Positions 57,790 to 64,000 of a stretch of DNA of 64,000 nt are shown in pieces (the first letter of the stretch is position 1; every line of letters begins with the position of its first letter). Source of the stretch: an uncultured Methanosarcinales archaeon (GTDB lineage Archaea > Nanobdellota > Nanobdellia > Woesearchaeales > SKGA01). A program made the translations under genes and the position numbers. The stretch covers positions 7,694 to 71,693 of the forward strand of contig CAZSZY010000002.1 of the NCBI GenBank assembly GCA_964611285.1. Direction: 5' to 3'. Below the pieces are notes generated by a model. That model made no database searches and was not told where the DNA came from. It saw nothing but the letters and a program-made list of their open reading frames with translations.

Positions 57790-58626
57790 ATGAAAGAACG
57801 AATAACTATAACTATAGATGAGAACATGCTTAAACTTCTTGACGATCAAGTAGATGGTATAGCTATCAAAAATAGAAGTCACGCAATAGAACTTAACTTA
57901 GCAAAATCACTACAGAAAAAAGCAATAGCCCAAGCAGTTATTTTTGCAGGAGGAAAATATAATATCACGCAAGATAGGCATGAAATTCCGACCGTTATGG
58001 TAAAAATAAAAGGCAAACCTATTCTAGAACATAATATTCTCATGCTGAAAAAACAAGGCGTTACTGATATCATTCTTGCACTTAGCCATCAAAAAGAAAT
58101 GATTAAAGAATATTTTGGTAATGGCGATAAACTAGGCGTAAAAATTAATTATGTTGAAGATGAAAATCCTCAAGGAACAGCAGGAGCATTACGTAGTGCT
58201 GCTTCACATATCACAGGAACATTTATTGCATGCAATGGAGATGAAATGAAAACTATTGACATCAGGGATATGTTTGCATTCCACAGAAAACAAGGAACAC
58301 TTGCAACGCTTGCTGTTACTACAAGATCAAATCCAAAAGATTACGGTGTGGTTGTTCTTAACGGAAATAATGTGTATAGCTTCATTGAAAAACCAACAGG
58401 AAGCATCCCAACTAATCTTATTAATGCAGGACTTTATATTTTAGAGCCAGAAGTTATTTCTATGACGCCACAGGGCTTTGGAAGATTAGAACAAGATGTT
58501 TTTCCTAAACTTGCAAAAAAAGAAGAACTCTCTGGTTATGTCTTTTATGGTGCTTGGCAAGATGTTCGAAGTACGGAAGGACTGGAACAAGCAACCAAGA
58601 ACTGGGAACAACAACAAAACTTTTAA
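57790..58626 (+). CDS. sugar-1-phosphate nucleotidylyltransferase fused to an N-terminal ribbon-helix-helix domain
   Basis: N-terminus MKERITITIDENMLKLLDDQVDGIAIKNRSHAIELNLAKSL (RHH pattern), then AVIFAGGKYNI...IKGKPILEHNI...DIILAL NTP-transferase fold. Confidence 0.7.
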   Translation: MKERITITIDENMLKLLDDQVDGIAIKNRSHAIELNLAKSLQKKAIAQAVIFAGGKYNITQDRHEIPTVMVKIKGKPILEHNILMLKKQGVTDIILALSHQKEMIKEYFGNGDKLGVKINYVEDENPQGTAGALRSAASHITGTFIACNGDEMKTIDIRDMFAFHRKQGTLATLAVTTRSNPKDYGVVVLNGNNVYSFIEKPTGSIPTNLINAGLYILEPEVISMTPQGFGRLEQDVFPKLAKKEELSGYVFYGAWQDVRSTEGLEQATKNWEQQQNF

Positions 58627-58664
58627 TAGAGAAGTAGTGTAAATTAACTGAAAAGGGTGAGACT

Positions 58665-60002
58665 ATCAGTAATCCGTTTAAAGCATACGATATACGAGGA
58701 ATTTATCCAGAAGAAATAGATGGTACGTTCGCGTTTTATCTAGGTAAAGCAGTAGCAACATTTCTTAACGCCAAAACTATGGTCGTAGCTCGCGATATGC
58801 GCATAAGTGGTGATGAACTCTATGAAGAAGTTATTGCAGGTATACGTAGCACGGGATGCACTGTTATTTCCTTAGGACTAATAACCACACCACAATTTTA
58901 TTTCTCATTATTTACTAGCACGCATGACGGCGGCATCATAGTAACAGCAAGTCATAATCCAAAAGAATACAATGGATTTAAACTCTGCGGACCAAACGCA
59001 GACACTATTTTTATTGACACAGGATTATTAGATATAGAACGTATAATTGCAAGTAAAGCATACAAAACAGCAACAAGACCTGGAGCACTTATAGAAAAAA
59101 ATATCAAACCAGAATACGAAAAATATTTTCTTAAACTTGCAAAACCACTACAAACAAAATTTAACATTCTCACCGATACTGGAAATGGTATGGGCGCATT
59201 AGAACTAGATGTATTTGAAAAAGCGTATGGAGATAAAGTAACGCTCACCAGATTATATAATGAGTTCGATGGCAACTTTCCTCATCACGAAAGCAATCCC
59301 ATTAAAACAGAAGAGTACAAAGAATTTTCCAAACAATTAGCAGAGGGAGAATACGATTTTGGTATTGCAACAGATGGTGATGCAGATAGAGTAACGTTCT
59401 GGCTTCCCGATGGAACCATGGTGCCACCAGACATTATTATTACATTTATAGGACTGCGCATAGCAAAAATAGATGAACGAATTGGATTTGAAGTACGAAC
59501 ATCACGAGCAGTTCCAGAAATACTTGAAGAAAAATTCATCAAGACAAGTAGATACTCATCAGGAAGACCATACATTAAAGTAGGTATGCAAGAAGATGGC
59601 GCTATTTTTGCAGGCGAACGAAGTGCGCATTATTTCTACCAAACATTACACAATACTGACTCTAGCTTACTTACTATGATGTGGATAATCCATATTTTAG
59701 ATACGGAAAAAAAACCACTTGCAGAATTAGTTGCGCCACTCATCAAATATCCAACAACAGGAGAAATAAATCTGAAGCATGACAAACCAGATGCAGGAAT
59801 TGCTGCTGTTCGACGAGAATTTGAAAAAGAAGCGAAAAAGATTATTGATATTGATGGTGCCTCTATTTATGGAGAGGATTATTTCTTTAATGTACGAAAA
59901 AGTAACACAGAACCCCTTCTTCGATTTATTGTAGAAACAGACACTACAGAGCGTCTGAAAGAAGTGCGTTTGCGAATAGAACGAATTCTATCTAGAGTGT
60001 AG
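58665..60002 (+). CDS. phosphomannomutase/phosphoglucomutase (start codon uncertain)
   Basis: PFKAYDIRGIYPEE upstream of the first ATG (58779) in the same frame; active-site IVTASHNPKEYNGFK; no canonical start between 58638 and 58779. Confidence 0.8.
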   Translation: MSNPFKAYDIRGIYPEEIDGTFAFYLGKAVATFLNAKTMVVARDMRISGDELYEEVIAGIRSTGCTVISLGLITTPQFYFSLFTSTHDGGIIVTASHNPKEYNGFKLCGPNADTIFIDTGLLDIERIIASKAYKTATRPGALIEKNIKPEYEKYFLKLAKPLQTKFNILTDTGNGMGALELDVFEKAYGDKVTLTRLYNEFDGNFPHHESNPIKTEEYKEFSKQLAEGEYDFGIATDGDADRVTFWLPDGTMVPPDIIITFIGLRIAKIDERIGFEVRTSRAVPEILEEKFIKTSRYSSGRPYIKVGMQEDGAIFAGERSAHYFYQTLHNTDSSLLTMMWIIHILDTEKKPLAELVAPLIKYPTTGEINLKHDKPDAGIAAVRREFEKEAKKIIDIDGASIYGEDYFFNVRKSNTEPLLRFIVETDTTERLKEVRLRIERILSRV

Positions 60003-60079
60003 TAAAAACTGTTATTCTAAAGGTAAATGGAGAAACAATAATAGTAATTATTTTATATACAACCCGCTTACTTAAGCAC

Positions 60080-60676
60080 ATGAAGACTATTTTATTTCTT
60101 ACAAGGCATGGTCAAACAGAATGGAATTTTGAACATAAACTAGACGGTCAAGAAGACACACAACTTACGGCCAAAGGAATAAAACAAGCTCAACAACTAG
60201 CAACACATTTAAAAAAAGAGCATATTGATGCAATTATTTGTTCTCCCCTATCAAGAAGTAAGAAAACTGCAGAAATGATTTCAGACCAAGTCAAAGCACC
60301 TATTCACGAATATAAAGAATTAATTGAAATAGATTGTGGTAAATGCACAGGACGTACAAAAAAAGAAATTAAAGATATATTTCCTAAATTGATTAAAGAA
60401 TGGGATGAAGATACAGATCCACAATTTCCAAATGGAGAAAACATGCAAGATGTTGAAAATCGTGTTGTTCCAATATTCAAAAAAATTGTTGAACAGTTTA
60501 AAGGCAAAACTATTGTCATGGTTGGTCATGGCACAGTGAACCTTGCATTTATAGGACAACTCTTAGAAATTCCTCCTGCTGTTCGATTCAAAATTAGTCA
60601 AAGTAACTGCTGTATTAACGAAATTCACTTTTCGAATGAGGATTTTAGTATAAAATCAATTAATAAAAGAGTTTAA
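60080..60676 (+). CDS. histidine phosphatase (phosphoglycerate mutase family)
   Basis: LFLTRHGQTEWNFEHKLDG RHG motif. Confidence 0.8.
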   Translation: MKTILFLTRHGQTEWNFEHKLDGQEDTQLTAKGIKQAQQLATHLKKEHIDAIICSPLSRSKKTAEMISDQVKAPIHEYKELIEIDCGKCTGRTKKEIKDIFPKLIKEWDEDTDPQFPNGENMQDVENRVVPIFKKIVEQFKGKTIVMVGHGTVNLAFIGQLLEIPPAVRFKISQSNCCINEIHFSNEDFSIKSINKRV

Positions 60677-61860
60677 CGAGCAGCTTTCTCAAAATTGATT
60701 TCTTTTTTAGATAACTTTTTTCGAATAAACTTACATATACCATAAAAAGGACCTATACAGTCAAGCAGACCTTTAAACCAAAGAGTAAAAAATAAATGAT
60801 TTTTCTTAACAGTCCGTATAAATTGAAAATGAAGACCATATAAATATACTATCAACGTTCCTAGAACAGTTAAAAGAACAATTGAATTATTAGTTCTAAT
60901 GGCACTAAATAATAAAAATAATAACACAGGAGGTCCAAATGCCCATTGTAAAAGATAAGTTAATCTATTCAAATAAGCAAAAATACTCTTTCTTGTTGGT
61001 TTAATAATTTTAAAGAAACTTAGTTCTCCAGAAAACCATCTACCACTTTGTTTAATAGCTTGAGCTGCTGAATTAGGAACTGTGCAAAAGTCAAAATAAG
61101 GCAAGGGTTTTGGATAAATATTAGCTATATTAAGCCTATAACCATACATAATATCTTCTGTAACAGATTCTTCGGGAAAACTAAATCTATTCCAAACGTT
61201 CTTTTGGATAAATAAACCATGCCCAATTACATACATGAAATTTTTTCTTTTTTTATAGTAATTATTAATCATATTTTTCATTTCAAAAGTGTAAGTCCAT
61301 CTTGTTTGATACACTGCATTTGCTTGCGCCAATTTGTTCTTGGAATTTAATTCTAAAAAATAATTACTAAACGCTTGATACGCCTTCGGAGTTTCTTTGT
61401 CACAAAGAATCTTTTCGAACATTTCAGGTCCAGGTCTTGAATCAGCATCAAAAACAGCAACATAATCATTTAAAGCAATTTTATCTTCTAAAAGAGTGAG
61501 CGCATAATTAACTTGAGATGCTTTATTTCCTTCCGCTCTAGGATAATGAATAATCTGCGCATCCTCACATGTTTTTTTAATTGCTTTAACTGTTTCATTA
61601 TTTTTCAAGGAACCTTCTTTTTGTGTAGTCACATACACAACCGGTAAGTGAGAGAGTTCTTTTTTATAATATAATACTGTTTCTGAAATTATTTTTTTTT
61701 CATTAAGAACAGGAATAATAATAAATATCTTTTTTTTCTGTCCAAGAATTATTTTTTTAACAGATAATTCTTTTTTTAGAAATAAATTTACATTATGTAA
61801 AGCAATAACTTGCTCAATAGTACGAATAGCAAAATATCCAGCTAGTAATTCGAGTATCAT
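60673..61860 (-). CDS. membrane-integrated processive family-2 glycosyltransferase (cellulose/hyaluronan-synthase-like)
   Basis: IIIPVLNE, VFDADSRP (DxD), QSGRWFSG (QxxRW), C-terminal TM helices. Confidence 0.75.
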   Translation of the reverse strand: MILELLAGYFAIRTIEQVIALHNVNLFLKKELSVKKIILGQKKKIFIIIPVLNEKKIISETVLYYKKELSHLPVVYVTTQKEGSLKNNETVKAIKKTCEDAQIIHYPRAEGNKASQVNYALTLLEDKIALNDYVAVFDADSRPGPEMFEKILCDKETPKAYQAFSNYFLELNSKNKLAQANAVYQTRWTYTFEMKNMINNYYKKRKNFMYVIGHGLFIQKNVWNRFSFPEESVTEDIMYGYRLNIANIYPKPLPYFDFCTVPNSAAQAIKQSGRWFSGELSFFKIIKPTRKSIFAYLNRLTYLLQWAFGPPVLLFLLFSAIRTNNSIVLLTVLGTLIVYLYGLHFQFIRTVKKNHLFFTLWFKGLLDCIGPFYGICKFIRKKLSKKEINFEKAAR

Positions 61861-62492
61861 TTTAGTTTATAGATATAATCTTTGACATCTATTATTTTAG
61901 GAACTATTTCTGTTTTCATATTATCTAAAACTAATTCTGCCTTTTTAGTAGTATCAAGACGCGCATCAAGAGATATGATGTTAATTCCACTAGTACTGGA
62001 TAACAAAGCAGTGTATGCCCTGGCAGTCCGTTTTAAGAAAGAAATATCTCTCCAAAACCAAGGTAAAGCCTTCTTTGGATTAATCGCAATTTTGTTCTCT
62101 TGACGAGCAATCGATTCTAATGGTTCGATAGAAACATAAATAATTGTATCAGGTATCGGCAATACAGACTCAATTTTATCTTGATATCGCTTGACAGTAT
62201 TTACAAATGTTTTTTCGTTAGCTAATGATTCATAGGCAAAAGCATAGGTTAAGTGCGTTAGATAAGATCTATCAAAAAAAGCATTTTCTGTTTTCATTCT
62301 TTCTGCTTCTTTCTTAATAAACCATTCATCAATTTTTTTAATCTCTCTATTATTAGTGCCATTACCAGGAAAACTATCTTTAGAGATAACTCTGCCCAAC
62401 TCATGAACCACGTCATAGTCTCGAGATTCTAATTCTTTAATGAGTAAAGATTTTCCTGCGCAAGGAAGCCCTTCTATTACTATTCTTGCCAT
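61857..62492 (-). CDS. P-loop kinase (deoxynucleoside/nucleotide-kinase-like fold)
   Basis: GLPCAGKS Walker A; FDRSYLTH resembles the dNK 'ERS' motif. Confidence 0.5.
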   Translation of the reverse strand: MARIVIEGLPCAGKSLLIKELESRDYDVVHELGRVISKDSFPGNGTNNREIKKIDEWFIKKEAERMKTENAFFDRSYLTHLTYAFAYESLANEKTFVNTVKRYQDKIESVLPIPDTIIYVSIEPLESIARQENKIAINPKKALPWFWRDISFLKRTARAYTALLSSTSGINIISLDARLDTTKKAELVLDNMKTEIVPKIIDVKDYIYKLK

Positions 62493-63187
62493 TTTTTTTC
62501 AAAATAATCTTTATTTTTTTTTATTAAGCTATTCACATCAATATTTGTTTTATTAAATGTTGCGTGACAATGATGATACACAAAACAATCATTTGCTAAA
62601 CTTATTTGAAATCCATCTTGTTTGGCTCGCTTACAAAAGTCAATGTCATCATAATTGCCCATGCCAAAATTTTCATCTAAACCACCAATTTTTTCAACAA
62701 CAGATCGCTTTAATAACATACAATGTCCATATACAAAATCAACAGGAGTTAAGATTCCTTTATTCTTTTTTTTTAGCTCGTTAAAAAAAGAGTTTAGTTG
62801 AGCATAAGAGGAATATTCGAAATCTATAAGAAGCTCGTGTTTGGTTGCAGATATATTATTTGACAAAGGTGCCACAATATCGGTTTCATCAAGTTTTTCT
62901 TCTAATGTTACAAACATGTCTTTAGGAAGTAAAATATCATTATTGCCAAAACAAATATGTTCACTTGTTGCTACTTTCAAACCTTGGTTTATTGCCTCCA
63001 CATAGCCTTTATTTTCTTTATTAACAATAATGTACGCGTTTGACTGTTGTAATACTTTTTTTGTTTCGCTATCAGAATTATTATCTATAAAAATAAGATT
63101 GATATTTTTGTTTTTATTGACACTTGCAATAAACTCCTTAGTGAGAGCTGGTTGGTTATAGACAGGAACTATTAAATCAATCATCAA
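62480..63187 (-). CDS. family-2 glycosyltransferase
   Basis: LIVPVYNQ...IFIDNNSD...NNDILL GT-A motifs. Confidence 0.8.
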   Translation of the reverse strand: MMIDLIVPVYNQPALTKEFIASVNKNKNINLIFIDNNSDSETKKVLQQSNAYIIVNKENKGYVEAINQGLKVATSEHICFGNNDILLPKDMFVTLEEKLDETDIVAPLSNNISATKHELLIDFEYSSYAQLNSFFNELKKKNKGILTPVDFVYGHCMLLKRSVVEKIGGLDENFGMGNYDDIDFCKRAKQDGFQISLANDCFVYHHCHATFNKTNIDVNSLIKKNKDYFEKKWQE

Positions 63188-63230
63188 GTAGTAGTAACAT
63201 TAATAAATTTATAAGACTTCTCATTTTTTA

Positions 63231-63962
63231 ATGAAAGGAATCAAAAAAAAAGGAAAAACGGCAATAAAGACATTCTCCTCAGTAGAGGAAGCGTTATACT
63301 TTCAGAAATTGTACAATTCGTTTGAACAACACGTAAAAGTGGAGCAAACAGGAAATACAGTACAATACCCCTTTGTTCAAGGAATTACGCTTGAAAAATA
63401 TCTACAAACAAATTCATCCGTCGAAACAATCTACAATGCACTTGGGGCGATTCTTCAAAAAGCACACGCTCCGGCCTTTTCAACAATAGAAAACTATGAT
63501 AAAGTATGTATGAGCAGAGAGCTCTTCACACCAATAAGCGCATTTGAAAAATGTACAGGCTACAAAGGCAATATTCATGGTGATTTGACAACAAAAAATA
63601 TTCTTATTAAAGAAGACGAATCAATTGTTTTAATCGATAGATTAAGAGAAACAGGCGATCTTCTTTTCGATTTCTCATTCATTATGTCTTCATTAGGGCT
63701 TTTTTATGAAACCGACCAAACAAATCAACTTCACGCAATAGATTCATTTTTTGACACATATTTATCCGATTCACCTTTCGATGTAGATAACTTCTTTACT
63801 GCATTTAGAAATAATTTTCTTAATTATGCGCACTTCATTGCAAAAACAGATTTTTATGAAACACTGCCTTTCCAAGAGTGGGTGCATGTAGAAGCAATTG
63901 CAAAAGATTTGATGCAATATAAAACATTTACACACTATCTGAGCGCATTGCAAAGAAAATAA
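63231..63962 (+). CDS. putative protein-kinase-like phosphotransferase (APH/choline-kinase-like)
   Basis: NIHGDLTTKNILI (HGDLxxxNIL catalytic loop) and IDRLRETGD. Confidence 0.45.
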   Translation: MKGIKKKGKTAIKTFSSVEEALYFQKLYNSFEQHVKVEQTGNTVQYPFVQGITLEKYLQTNSSVETIYNALGAILQKAHAPAFSTIENYDKVCMSRELFTPISAFEKCTGYKGNIHGDLTTKNILIKEDESIVLIDRLRETGDLLFDFSFIMSSLGLFYETDQTNQLHAIDSFFDTYLSDSPFDVDNFFTAFRNNFLNYAHFIAKTDFYETLPFQEWVHVEAIAKDLMQYKTFTHYLSALQRK

Positions 63963-64000
63963 CACCTTTTAAGGTAAAAATGGCCGCTAGAAGCGCCCTA

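Noticed and set aside
1-64000. CRISPR arrays, rRNA genes, transposases and integrases
   Set aside because: I found no regularly spaced direct repeats, no 16S/23S/5S-like GC-rich conserved stretches, and no transposase or integrase-like ORFs on reading the window. The only repeats seen are the short palindromes and the ~100-nt segmental duplication described above.

Overview
This is a low-GC (about one-third G+C by eye), gene-dense window whose content is archaeal, with short or leaderless 5' regions and A/T-rich promoters carrying 'tttataaa'-type TATA boxes. It holds many archaeal housekeeping genes: the ribosomal stalk operon (L1-L10/P0-L12/P1, with no L11 upstream), S15, the L35Ae-Spt4-S24e-S27ae cluster, FtsZ, ATP-dependent DNA ligase, a RecJ/GAN-like DHH nuclease and thioredoxin/thioredoxin reductase. 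A large RNA-processing neighbourhood contains RtcB with archease, RtcA with Sm and L37e, and the 'exosome superoperon' (Pop5, proteasome alpha, SBDS, Rrp4, Rrp41, Rrp42). Further on are tRNA-Pro(UGG) followed by L37Ae-RpoP-(Pcc1-like)-prefoldin beta-UPF0147, then TrpRS, a MiaB-like methylthiotransferase, and a surface-glycan gene block (sugar nucleotidyltransferase, PMM/PGM, two GT2s, kinases). Overall this points to a small-genome, possibly DPANN-like archaeon, though organism identity is inference. No CRISPR array, rRNA gene, transposase or integrase was seen. The unusual material is as follows. (1) An operon of ATP-grasp, opine dehydrogenase and S66 LD-carboxypeptidase beside a ZIP metal transporter. 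(2) A HerA-like ATPase translationally coupled to a standalone AsnB-like PP-loop enzyme and an MscS-like channel. (3) A small-GTPase / conserved-unknown / Zn-ribbon trio next to RtcA. (4) A disordered 'DMF'-repeat protein coupled to archease. (5) A GC-rich accessory island with a segmental duplication and a pseudogene remnant. (6) Several small cysteine-rich or SD-driven ORFs. (7) Recurring palindromic or motif elements in intergenic regions. All functional calls rest on motif recognition by eye and need database confirmation.
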